Source of the DNA: Octopus bimaculoides
Taxonomy: Eukaryota
Direction: 5' to 3'
DNA: 32,364 bases
NCBI RefSeq assembly: GCF_001194135.2
Contig: NC_068985.1
Coordinates: 97,379,863 to 97,412,226 of the forward strand
The notes beneath the pieces are model-generated. The model had not been told where the DNA came from. It ran no database searches and saw only the letters and a program-made list of their open reading frames with translations. Both the position numbers and the translations under genes were made by a program. Positions 10,303 through 21,168 of this stretch are shown here, one piece after another. How positions within the stretch are numbered: the first letter of the stretch is position 1; every line of letters begins with the position of its first letter.

Positions 10303-11358
10303 TGTAGTGAAACTACCTATCACCATTATACACAAAGAAGCCATCTTCCCGGCTGTTAAATATAAGCAAGCGCGAGCGTAGTGGAAAACATCTTTCCTTG
10401 TCATCACGTGACTGATTATTATTTGAAGAGGCAACTGCTTCGAACCGTTCCCGCCAGAACGCAAATTGACCAATCACGGCCCCTAATAAGGTCACGTGAT
10501 AGAGTATTTTTCTGATGCCTTGGGAGCCTACCATCAACTATAAATAGACCGAATTATACCCGGCAAATTCGTCTCGGTTCAGATCTCTTAGAGACCTATT
10601 CCGTGTACCACACACAGCAGCAGCAGCGGTCCAGCGACTCCATCAACAGCATCTCCAGCTATGACTACACACCGACGTCACCATCAGCAACACGAGTCTA
10701 CGACTACTAACCAGCATCAACACGACTTTCTACGTACACCACGATAAACTATCCAGACCACAGCGGCACATATTCTCTCTTCGATTCTGTTTGTGTGATT
10801 CAGCTTCACCACGATAATTAACAGTCTAGAAGTTCAGCCTGCGATGAACATCTGTATAACAAGAACCCGGCCCGGCATGGAAGCCACATCATCACAACTA
10901 GTGATCGCTCTGCCACACATACGCTTCAATTTCTTTCACATACAGACTCTTCCTATTGTGTACTCTGAGAACTGGTATAAATGCTCACACGTGTTACTGA
11001 CTTTTTTTATCTGCTGTATATAACGCATACACATACATGTATCACTCACACACACTCTTTTCTTTATACGATGGCCTGTCTTTTATTATGTTTTCATTAT
11101 GTCGCATTCACACTCACACACAGACATACATTTTAATGTCACAATAAATATTTCTGTTATTCATCACATGCGGTTGTCTTCTATCGTCTTAATTACTGGT
11201 CATTTACGAATTCACTATGTTATCGTAGTATAATATATTTGTATATCATCTTTGATTATATTTTTGTGTTCGACCGTGTGACGTGTTTAAATAAAAGGAG
11301 TCCTGTTTTGCCATTCGTCACCATTTCTCCTTTTTGGGTTCGCACGGTCGTTCTTACA
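10303..11358 (+). mobile_element. Solo LTR (about 1056 bp), probably Gypsy-type, within (TA)n
   Basis: TGTAGT...TTACA termini; internal CCAAT (10470), TATAAATA (10539) and AATAAA signals; (TA)n on both flanks; no adjacent PBS or PPT; related copy at 13841-14761. Confidence 0.75.
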
Positions 11359-11394
11359 TATATATATATATATATATATATCGTAAATTTTCCG

Positions 11395-11770
11395 AGGCTT
11401 TCGAAAAATTCATACGAGAAGGCTTTGTCTACTTTCAGAAAACTGGGTAATTTTTTTTCTACGAAATAATCTATAAATACTTTTCAGAGTGTGTAATTTA
11501 CGATTATATGGGAATTTGATTTGAAAAAAAATTTGGTGGAGACGTATACATCCGTGCTGACACGTCACATCTACAAAGTGAAAGTGAAATTTCGAAGAAA
11601 TATATCAGTATTTGTATGTGAATGCTTAGTGTTTTTCTTTTCACATCAAATTACAATATAATCGTAATTTACACACTCTGAAAAGTATTTGTAAAAAATT
11701 TCGTTAAAATATATAAATTTTTCTGATAGTTACGAGGAAACAAAACCTATTCATATGAATTTTCCGTAAC
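11395..11770. mobile_element. Degenerate foldback/MITE-like inverted-repeat element
   Basis: Inner arms beginning at 11475 (aaatacttttcagagtgtgtaatttacgattatat) and ending at 11690 differ by 1 nt over 35 bp. Weaker symmetry extends outward (gaaaaattcata..ga..agg.tttgt). Confidence 0.65.
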
Positions 11771-11836
11771 TCCCCTTTCCATTTACAGAACTTTTTTTTT
11801 TTTCTTTTGGTAACCCGTAAACAAAAGTTTGTTTTC

Positions 11837-11920
11837 AGTAAGCAGTAAACATCATTCTGTTTTCAATAAACAGTAAAAAGCATTTTGTTTACAATAAGCA
11901 GTAAACAGCATTTTGTTTTC
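11837..11920. repeat. Minisatellite, 3 x 28 bp
   Basis: agtaagcagtaaacatcattctgttttc / aataaacagtaaaaagcattttgtttac / aataagcagtaaacagcattttgttttc. Confidence 0.8.
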
Positions 11921-12063
11921 GTTTTGGCATTTCGAGTAAGCATTTAGCTTTCATTTTCATGTATTTATAGACATAGCTACCGCCCTACCTTACTGTAACT
12001 CTAGAAATACTACTTTTAAGCGAAGTACAGGCAGTAGTTGCGTTCATTGACGCTTTTAACATT

Positions 12064-12245
12064 GACCTGTTTCAATCATTGGACTACGGCCATGCTGGAG
12101 CATGGCCTTGAAGGGTTTAGTCGAACAAATTTAGTCCATTATTTTTCAAGTCTGATCCTTATTCTGTCGGTCTGTCTTTTCTTTTTTATTTTTTATTTTT
12201 ACCGAATCGCCAAGTTAAGCAGTTGTAGAGGACATACACACACGT
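12064..12245 (-). mobile_element. SINE family A, degenerate 3' half
   Basis: cctgtttcaatcattggactacggccatgctggagcat... Confidence 0.75.
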
Positions 12246-12348
12246 TCTTTTTTTTTTTTAAATAAAGATTAATTTACGGACAGTCCGAATTTTTTTTGCC
12301 TAAATTCAAACAATAGACTTTCCTTGGGTGCATTCATCATTCCACAAA

Positions 12349-12472
12349 ATATGTTTATGGGAAGAAAAATATTGAAAACCATCGATACATATCATAGTGA
12401 CAAAGAAAAGGGAATGGTATCACATGGTCGTGATTACTAAAAACAACAGTTAAATCACCCTTGAATCACACA
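12349..12472. repeat. Unclassified dispersed repeat (family E), copy 2
   Basis: Direct, diverged copy of 5853-5980. Confidence 0.7.
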
Positions 12473-13447
12473 CAAAAATAGTTTTTTTCTTTTTTTCCAT
12501 AATTGTATGACTTCCCGTGTGTAAAACGCAAGTCTGCAAAAATTTTCTGGAAATTCCAAAAAGTAGAACAGTTGTGTAGGGTTAAATAGGAAGCTTAAAG
12601 CAGAATTCCGCCATCGATCCTTGCTATTAAGATTGTTTACGACTCAACCAATTTGATTATTATTTTATTGATAGGCCCTTCAAGGATACTTCAACTTGAA
12701 CGTTAAAATTAAAACAAAAGTGTTATTAGAAAATTTAAATTTTTAATAAATAAAAATAAAATACTAACGGGTTATTAACTAAAATATTTAATAAGTGACT
12801 TTCAAATATTTTCATATTCGTTCCGTTTACTTGGGAGATCCAAGTCTACTTATGTATTTTCCTGGTTTGCTTCAGTTTCATTTTTAGTTCCGCATACATA
12901 CCTAACGACAAAGACCGCGTGAAAACTATTTTTTCTCTTAGTTAACCTTTCCTTTTGCCGGGTTTTTCTGAGGTGGGAGGGGTATGTCCACACCCACCCG
13001 ATACGAATCTTGAGGAAGTTTTTAACCTTGTCACTTTATTTGTTGCATCGAGCAAACCAACCAGCAGACGACACGAGACAGGATGCTATATTGTCGCTAG
13101 CCAAATCTTAAAATTACACACCTCAAACTTTTTATGAAATGAAGGTCAAAGTCCAAGATATACAAAAGTACAGAGACTATGATAAGGAAAAAATAGCTTT
13201 GTAAAATTTCTGTTTTTCTCTTATGTACATCTCTCCTCCCTTGGCTTTCAGAATAACTACATCTACCAGACCGAAATAAATGTACCAGCACAGTATCTCT
13301 GACTTACAAATATCAACTCTTCCTTCACCACCATCACCACAAAAATATTAGGGGAAAATATGGCCTCCATTCCTCTCACTGTCTCTTTATTAATGAAAAG
13401 GCTAATAGAGTTTGCATCCATATTATTCTATTTTCTCTCTGTTACTC

Positions 13448-14944
13448 TCTCCTTTACTTGTTTCAGTCATTTGACTGTGGCCATGCTGGAGCACCACCTT
13501 TTGTCGAGCAAATCGACCCCAGGACTTATTCTTTGTAAGCCTAGTACTTATTCTATCGGTCTCTTTTGCCGAACCGCTAAGTTCGTAAACACACCAGCAT
13601 CGGTTGTCAANNNNNNNNNNNNNNNNNNNNNNNNNNNNNNNNNNNNNNNNNNNNNNNNNNNNNNNNNNNNNNNNNNNNNNNNNNNNNNNNNNNNNNNNNN
13701 NNNNNNNNNNNNNNNNNNNNNNNNNNNNNNNNNNNNNNNNNNNNNNNNNNNNNNNNNNNNNNNNNNNNNNNNNNNNNNNNNNNNNNNNNNNNNNNNNNNN
13801 NNNNNNNNNNNNNNNNNNNNNNNNNNNNNNNNNNNNNNNNNATATAAGAACATAATCAAAGACAGGCCGTCGTACAAAGAAAAGTGAGTATGTGAGTGAT
13901 ACATGTGTGTGTATGTGAAATATTACAGCAAATAGAAAGAGTCAATAACACATGAGCAATTATACCAGTTCTTGGGTACACTCTAGGAAAAGTTCTGTAT
14001 GTGAAATTGGGGAGGCTGAGTGTGGCAGAGCTGATCACTAGTTGTGATGTCGTGGCATCGATGCCGGGCCGTGATTCTTGTTATACAGATGTTCGTCGTT
14101 TGGCAGAGCTTATCACTAGTTGTGTTTTGGCTTTGATGCCAGGGCCTTGAGGACAGACGTTTATCGCAGGCTGAAATCTCTTGTCTGTTTATTATCGTGG
14201 TGAAGCTAAGTCACCTAACAGAATCGAAGAGAGAGAGGTGGTTTGGTGTACATAGTAAGTCGTGTTGACGCTGGTGGTGTAGAGGCTGCTTGGTAGTAAT
14301 CGTATTGGTCATGATGATGATGCTGGTTAGTAGTCGTAGACTCTTGTTGCTGATGTGGTGACGGCGGTGGTCATCGTTGGCTGGACGAAGCTGTTGAAGT
14401 GGTCGCTGGCTATTTGTTGCTGCTGCTGTCGTGTGGTACACGGAACAGATCTCAAAGAGAAACTGGACCGAGACAAATTTGGCCGCCGAGTTAAAGCTAT
14501 TTATAACAAACTATTGGCTCCCGATGGCTTCAGTTTAATACTCTATCACGTGACCTTATTAGGGGCCGTGATTGGTCAGTTTGCGTTCTGGCGAGAAAGG
14601 TTCGAAGAATTTGCCACTTCAAATAATAATCAGTCACGTGATGACAAGGCTGGTGTTTTCTACTACGCTCGCGTTTATTTATATTTAAATGAGAAGAATG
14701 GCGATAGCAGTTTTGTATCTAATGGCGATAAGTAGAAGAGACGATAGGTAGTTTCACTACATATATATATATATACATATACATATATACAACTGGCTTC
14801 TTTCAGTTTCTGTCTATGAAATCCACTCAAGGCTTTGGGCGGCCCGATGTTATAGTAGAAGACACTTGTCCAAGGTGCCATGCAGTGGGACTGAACCCGG
14901 AAGTATGTGGTTGGTAAGTAAGCTACTTACCACACAGCCACTCC
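13448..14944 (-). mobile_element. SINE family A split by the LTR insertion (tail 13448-13610, head about 14790-14944)
   Basis: Tail and head halves are in the correct order and orientation on either side of the gap plus LTR. Confidence 0.8.
13841..14761 (-). mobile_element. Second diverged solo LTR of the same family, inverted, 3' end lost in a gap
   Basis: Begins (on -) TGTAGTGAAACTACCTATC like the first copy and stays colinear up to the gap. Sits in the internal (TA)n of a family A SINE. Confidence 0.75.
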
Positions 14945-15808
14945 TAAAAGTTTAAATCATTATAGCCATCTATGTATCATATTATATATATATACACTGC
15001 AGTATTTGTCCTGAGGTGACACCTCCTCTGGTCTTGCTATAAAAACTCACCTATTCCTAGTCTTGGAGTCTGTTGGTTTCAGACCTTCTAAGGTCTAACC
15101 ACTGACCACATTACAGTGACCTCCATCTTCATCACCACCATCATGCCTCATCAACATATGTACACAGCACCAACAACATTGCACTGGTTCTAACATATCG
15201 CTGTTCATGAGCTTCTCACCACGGTTAACAGCAAACATACAACCCATGCAGATGCATGTAAGTATATGAATAAATGTCCATCAACCACTTCCACTTATCA
15301 TTCAGCTTGTGTATTTAAAGACATTTAAAGTTACCACCTTTTTCCATGTATTTCTTTATACCATGTTCCTGTCAAATGATATTACAGCCTTCTGAGTAGA
15401 GTCACATTAGATGGAATACAACCTATCCATTTATAATTGCACCAGCATTAGTGAGGTCGCTAAGTAATTCTCAAGACAAGACACCTCACTGAGTTGGGGT
15501 GTAACATTGAGGAAGGTGGTGTTATGCCAGGTATTGAGTTGCTAAAAGTATGATACAGAAACAAGAACAAGTGTCTTACTGTAGAAGAAATACATGGCCA
15601 CCCCAGCTGGAAAGAGAGTAAGTGATGACAAGGGCATACTCTCAAGGTACAAAAAATATTAGAGAGAGCCAGAATAAGAATTGAGGATCAGAAAGGATGA
15701 GTAGGTAAGTTCTTGAGAGTGTGAAAAGTATGTTATAATCTTTTTTTTTTTACCATTCAATGCAATATTTAATTCATTTAGCTTTGTTGTGATATTAAAA
15801 ATGCTTAA

Positions 15809-16215
15809 GGCGGTGACCTGGCAGAAACATTAGCATGCCGGACAAAATGCTTAGTGATATTTCGTCTGTCTTTACGTTCTGAGTTCAAATTCCGGCAAGG
15901 TCAACTTTGCCTTTCATCCTTTCGAGGTCGATAAATTAAGTACCAGTTACGCACTGAGGTCAATGTAATCGACTTAATCCCTTTGTCTGTCCTTGTTTGT
16001 TCCATCTATGTTTTGCCCCTTGTGGGCAATAAAGAAATAAGAAACATTAGCATGCTGGGCAAAATGCTTAGCGTTATTTCATCTGTCTTTACGTTCTGAG
16101 TTCAAATTCCGCCTTTCAGGGTCGATAAATTAAGTACCAGTTGTGTACTGGAGTCAATTTAATTGACTGCCCCCACCCAAAAAAAATTTTGGACCTTGTG
16201 CCTAGAGTAGAAAAG
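15809..16215 (+). mobile_element. Dimeric tRNA-derived SINE family C with 18-bp TSD
   Basis: Two tandem monomers share ttagcatgc...gttctgagttcaaattcc...gtcgataaattaagtaccagtt and have different tails. TSD GATATTAAAAATGCTTAA at 15791-15808 and 16216-16233. Confidence 0.88.
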
Positions 16216-16530
16216 GATATTAAAAATGCTTAAATTTCTAAGTCATTCCTTGACTTCAAAAAATTACTTCTCTTTTTGTCTTTAAGAAAATATTTGATGA
16301 GTTGTAACGACTTTTTAAATCAAACAAGAAGTGAATTTGTAACATTAAAGATTTACATTTTTTTTTTCCATTTTCTGATCTGTTGTGCCATTATACCAGG
16401 TGGTTAAGAAGACTGCATGTCAAACATATGGTCATTGATTTCTATGTATCACTATAGATAATCAAACAGAAACGTCATGTTGATCTGAATTGCAAGAAAA
16501 TACTTAGTGATACTATAATCTTATCTTGTA

Positions 16531-16795
16531 TCATCATCATCATTGTTTAATGTCCACTTTCCATGCCAGCATGGGTTGGACAGTTTGACTGAGAGCTGAC
16601 AAGGAGGCTGCACCAGGCTCCAATCTGTTCTGGCAAGGTTTCTGCAACTGGATGCCCTTCCTAATGCCAACCACTCCAAGAATGTAGTGGGTGATTTTTA
16701 CGTGCCACCGGCATGGGGGCCAGTCAGGTGGTACTGGCATCAACCACGCTGAAATGCCGCTTTTTACATAGGAGCCAGCCAGGCAGCACTGACAT
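16531..16795 (-). mobile_element. RTE LINE 3' end (family B)
   Basis: (CAT)n tail followed by ttccatgccagcatgggttgg...ggatgcccttcctaatgccaacc. Confidence 0.85.
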
Positions 16796-16844
16796 CGACT
16801 AATATAGTCACACAGCCAACAATTTTGAGAGGAGGGTGCAAATT

Positions 16845-16935
16845 GACTACATGGACACCAGTGCATGACTGGTACATTATTTTATCAATCCTGAAAATAT
16901 GAAAGACAAAGCTGATCAATGAAATTTGAACTAGG
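16845..16935 (-). mobile_element. Degenerate SINE family C core
   Basis: gactggtacattattttatcaatcctgaaaatatgaaagacaaagctga resembles the reverse complement of the family C core. Confidence 0.5.
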
Positions 16936-17310
16936 AATGTGAAAAACAACAAATGCTGCTATGCATTTTTGTCATTCCCAAATGATTCTACCACCTTGAT
17001 TCCATAAATGGTAATAATAATTTCAATATGTAAAAATAGTGTGTGTATTTTCTGTGTTGTAACAAATAAAAGCATAATTAATTCCTATCATCAAACTAGT
17101 ATTAATGTGTTGTTGATAGTAATACTATCAACTCATTAGTCGCTTATAAAAATCAGCACAACTTAATTTCAATTGATAAACTAGGTCATTATATAGAAAA
17201 CCAGACTGAAAAAATAAATATTATCATGACATTAAAAAAAAAACTTCCACATATATATATATATGTTGTAGTGTACCTGAGCGCTATACACAATAATTTC
17301 ATTATTATCA

Positions 17311-17529
17311 TTAGGTTGGTGCATAATTATTGTGGCTTTTTTTCAATAAATTTTATTCAACAAAAAAATTAAACAAAATGCCAATTTAAACAAAACGCCA
17401 ATCAGAAACTGAAGTAGATGGTGAATATGCTCTGGAATAATCATTTAAAGATGTTTTTGTTAAATGTTGTTATTGTTTTGTTGAATAAAATTTATAGAAA
17501 ACAGCTGCAATAATTATGCACCAAGCTAA
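17311..17529. mobile_element. mariner-type MITE (Hsmar1/MADE1-like TIR)
   Basis: TTAGGTTGGTGCATAATTATTG...CAATAATTATGCACCAAGCTAA followed by TA. The TIR resembles Hsmar1 TTAGGTTGGTGCAAAAGTAATTGC. Confidence 0.85.
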
Positions 17530-18060
17530 TATTATTATGTATAATATGAGGTAACTCATGAAGGAGTGGATTAATGAAACTCCTGTATAGCTTTTAGAAG
17601 AGAGATTGAATGGTTATGACTAATGCTTTTGATCACAGTTTTGCTCAAGCAAAGGTGAGCATGGAGCTAAAAATATTCAGTCTTGAGTGGATCTGGAAAT
17701 AAAATAGAAGGAGTGTGGAACACAAGAAATCTTATCTGGTAGCTCGATATTAGGTTGTCAAGCATAAGAGGTTTTCAAGTGTTCTGCACCTAGAAAATAA
17801 TGACAATCAGAATGTGAATATAGCTCTGAATTGCGAGATAATATATCAGTGTGAATTGGGCCATCACTGGTGAAAAGTGACTATGAAATAACAGTGGTAC
17901 ATTTACCCTTCACTGAAACATGAAAAGTGAAAGGTATGATAATGCTGTCACAGAGAGAGGGAGAGAGGGAGGGTATTTACTCCCCATGGATACAGCAGAG
18001 GGACCACTGCCGAGGTTGACTGTTGTATATTTAAAAGGCTGAAAGGACTATTTAGAATAT

Positions 18061-18449
18061 CTTGTATTGTTGGCACTCCGTCGCTTATGACGTCAAGGGT
18101 TCCAGTTGATCCGATCAACAGAACAGCCTGCTCGTGAAATTAATGTGCAAGTGGCTGAGCACTCCACAGACACGTGTACCCTTAATGTAGTTCTCGGGGA
18201 TATTCAGCGTGACACAGTGTGACAAGGCTGACCCTTTGAATTGCAGGAACAACAGAAACAAGAAGTAAGAGTGAGAGAAAGTTGTGGTGGAAGAGTACAG
18301 CAGGGTTTGCCACCATCCCCTGCCAGAGCCTCGTGGAACTTTAGGTGTTTTCGCTCAATAAACACTCACAACGCCCGGTCTGGGAATCGAAACCGTGATC
18401 CTATGACAGCGAGTCCGCTGCCCTAACCACTGGGCCATTGCACCTCCAC
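18061..18449 (-). mobile_element. tRNA-derived SINE family D with 14-bp TSD
   Basis: A-box TGGCCCAGTGG and B-box GGTTTCGATTCC on -; TSD ACTATTTAGAATAT at 18047-18060 and 18450-18463; body shared with 24998-25325. Confidence 0.88.
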
Positions 18450-18740
18450 ACTATTTAGAATATGAAGGCAGGAAAAGCACAGACTCATCAGGGATAGTAA
18501 GATAGTTGTTTACAACATCTTATGAAGTTGAACACATGATTGTTACTCACAAAGTCTATTAGAAAGTGTTATGACTTGGGCAATTTCTTTTAACCTTAAA
18601 AATTACTTGATTTTAACCCTATTTTCATATTTTTTTAACCATATTTTTTAACTTTATTGACAGATTTTAACCTTATTATTATTAATATATCCATATTCAT
18701 TTCAGAGTTCACTCTAGTTTTGATTTCTTTATGATATACA

Positions 18741-18903
18741 AGGCGCAGGTGTGGCTGTGTGGTAAGTAGCTTACTTACCAACCACATGGTTCTGGGTTCA
18801 GTCCCACTGCGTGGCACCTTGGGCAAGTGTCTTCTACTGTAGCCTCGGGCTGACCAAAGCCTTGTGAGTGGATTTGGTAGACGGAAACTGAAAGAAGCCC
18901 CTC

Positions 18904-18937
<34 letters not shown>

Positions 18938-19087
18938 CTTGACAACCAATGCTGGTGTGTTTACATCCCCGTAACTTAGTGATTCAGCAAAAGAGACCGA
19001 TAGAATAAGAACTAGGCTTACAAAGAATAAGTCCTGGGATCGATTTGCTCAACTAAAGGCGGTGCTCCAGCATGGCTGCAGTCAAAT
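18741..19087 (+). mobile_element. SINE family A running into a gap
   Basis: aggcgcaggtgtggctgtgtggtaagtagc...ccagcatggctgcagtcaaat. Confidence 0.9.
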
Positions 19088-19345
19088 NNNNNNNNNNNNN
19101 NNNNNNNNNNNNNNNNNNNNNNNNNNNNNNNNNNNNNNNNNNNNNNNNNNNNNNNNNNNNNNNNNNNNNNNNNNNNNNNNNNNNNNNNNNNNNNNNNNNN
19201 NNNNNNNNNNNNNNNNNNNNNNNNNNNNNNNNNNNNNNNNNNNNNNNNNNNNNNNNNNNNNNNNNNNNNNNNNNNNNNNNNNNNNNNNNNNNNNNNNNNN
19301 NNNNNNNNNNNNNNNNNNNNNNNNNNNNNNNNNNNNNNNNNNNNN

Positions 19346-19960
19346 TGATGCAACATGGACCTTTGTTGAATTTCAATTCTTTGAGGCTTTTGTAAGCATC
19401 GTATATGGTGAAGGCTGTTGACTCACCTTTTAAAATCAACTCTTTCAATTGCTGATAGTTTGAAAAGATTTGTATGAGGTTAGATCTGATCTCAGGATCT
19501 TGCAAAGCTTATTTCACTCTCTGCACCAAAAGCCTTCACAATTTTTGTAACTTCTACAAGTTTCTTGGCATAGCAGTTTCAGGTACCCAACCAACTACGC
19601 CATCTGGTTTACAGCTGGCAGAGGTGAATATCCGATTGTTTTGAATTGTTCTCAATGGTGTTTGTTTTTTACAGTAGCAACCTTGAAGGTGACAATCAGA
19701 CAATCAACTTCAGAATACAAAGCCTTTATTTTTAGAGCACAGTTGTGCAGTAGGTGGGAGAAGTAGGTCACATGAAAGAGCTTAGAGTACTTAACGTGCA
19801 ATGTTCCTCCTACCATTTACCAGGCAACATCAAACAAAAGTAGGAGAAAATTTTCTCTTGCAGCTGTCATACTTCTTAGCAAATCACAGATGCTCTGAGC
19901 AATGAACTGCCATTCAAATGACAAACATTCTATTAAGAACGTTTTTGGGGGAATTTCTTT
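19346..19960 (-). pseudogene. Degenerate hAT-related (CGGBP1/DUF659-like) transposase fragment
   Basis: Minus-strand translation across stops and a frameshift: RENFLLLLFDVAW*MVGG..KLFHVTYFSHLLHNCALKIK..EVDCLIVTFKVATVKNK..PAV/TRWRSWL..CYAKKLVEVTKIVKAF. This matches the LLLLSDAA.YM, HVTC.AH.LH and VTRWGSWL motifs of that family as I recall them. Confidence 0.7.
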
Positions 19961-20054
19961 TAACTGAAACAATAAGTACTACCACCACGACCACCACCAC
20001 TCAGTTTGAGTCTGGAAAGGGCAACAATTCAGTGATAATGATCTTTTGTCTTCT

Positions 20055-20230
20055 AAGTTTTTACTTGCTTTAATCCTTATACTGTGACCATACTGGTGCA
20101 CCACCTTGAAGAATTTTAAAAACAGGTACTTATTCTATTGGTCTCATTTGCTGTACTCCTAAGTTAAGGGGATGTAAACAAACCAGCACTGGTCATCAAG
20201 CAGTCGTGGTTTCACACACACATACACACA
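20055..20230 (-). mobile_element. Old degenerate SINE family A 3' half
   Basis: tttacttgctttaatcc...ctgtgaccatactggtgcaccaccttgaag... Confidence 0.6.
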
Positions 20231-20394
20231 TCCTCAATACTAATGCAATTGAAGTGATCTTAATCTCCACTATCCAGAGCCATTCCCTGTGTAGCTATCC
20301 ACTTTTTCATTTCCTCAAAATACCACAAGTGGCCCATCATACCATCGTCACTATGTTCTACTGCTATTACCTTTACCACAACTAGACAATAACA

Positions 20395-20610
20395 ACAACA
20401 TGATCTTTACATTCAATTTCCTGTGTCATGTCTTAATTTAAGTATCCTTTCGCATTCTTTAGACACTTTTTACAGGGTCACATCTTGGCTTTGTTTCAGC
20501 TTTACAAGAATTCTAGTTCTGACTTCTGCATCCTTTGCGGTAGTTAGTTCCTGAGTAAAAATCAGGCATTTGAGCATATCTCGACTTAATTCATCCAGTT
20601 TAAACTTCTT
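20395..20610 (-). pseudogene. Gypsy-type retrotransposon gag fragment
   Basis: Minus strand: RECKKFKLDELSRDMLKCLIFTQELTTAKDAEVRTRILVKLKQSQDVTL*KVSKECERILKLRHDT. Resembles the ..FKCLIFVQGL...DAEIR.RILSKLE..L..EC.R...L.HD gag segment of invertebrate Gypsy elements. Confidence 0.65.
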
Positions 20611-20612
20611 GC

Positions 20613-21168
20613 ATTCCCTGTTTACTCTCTTTTACTCTTTTACTTGTTTCAGTCATGTGACTGTGACCATGCTGGAGCACCACCTTTAGTCGAGCAATTC
20701 AACCCCAAGACTTATTCTTTGTAAGTCTAGTACTTATTCTATCGGTCTCTTTTGCCGAACCGCTAAGTTATGGGGACGTAAACACACCAGCATCAGTTGT
20801 CAAGCGATGTCGGGGGGACAAACACAGACACACAAACATATACGCACGCACACACACACTCTCTGAGTGGTTGGCGTTAGGAAGGGCATCCAGATGTAGA
20901 AACTCTGCCAAATCAGTCCTCAGTTAAATCGTCCAACCCATGCTAGCATGGAGGGCGGACGTTAAACGATGATGATGATGATATATATACACACATACAT
21001 ACGACAGGCTTCCTTCAGTTTCCGTCTACCAAATCCACTCACAAGGCTTTGGTCAGCCCGAGGCTATAGTATACGACACTTGCCCAAGGTGCCAGGCAGT
21101 GGGAATGAACCCGGAACCATGTGGTTCGTAAGCAAGCTACTTACCACACAGCCACTCCTATGCCTATG
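20613..21168 (-). mobile_element. SINE family A interrupted by an RTE 3' tail (20855-20982, + strand)
   Basis: SINE tail, CA tract, then ctctctgagtggttggcgttagg...gttaaac(GAT)n, TA tract, then the SINE head. Confidence 0.88.

Noticed and set aside
14355-14735. 126-aa ORF and its partial twin at 10313-10537
   Set aside because: Antisense readings of the LTR promoter region; the frame is not preserved between the copies.
10303-14761. One full-length LTR retrotransposon, or a DIRS element with inverted ends
   Set aside because: The repeats are inverted and clearly diverged, the interval has no gag/pol/recombinase coding, and copy 2 is nested in a SINE.
15045-15263. Exon suggested by perfect donors (GTAAGT on + at 15258; GTGAGT on - near 15045)
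   Set aside because: Stops in all frames tested from nearby + acceptors, the - frame I examined also hits a stop, and no recognisable protein.
18375-18449. tRNA gene (A and B boxes; similar heads at 1037-1380, 15809, 24998)
   Set aside because: These are SINE heads continuing into shared bodies, some with TSDs; no complete cloverleaf is evident.
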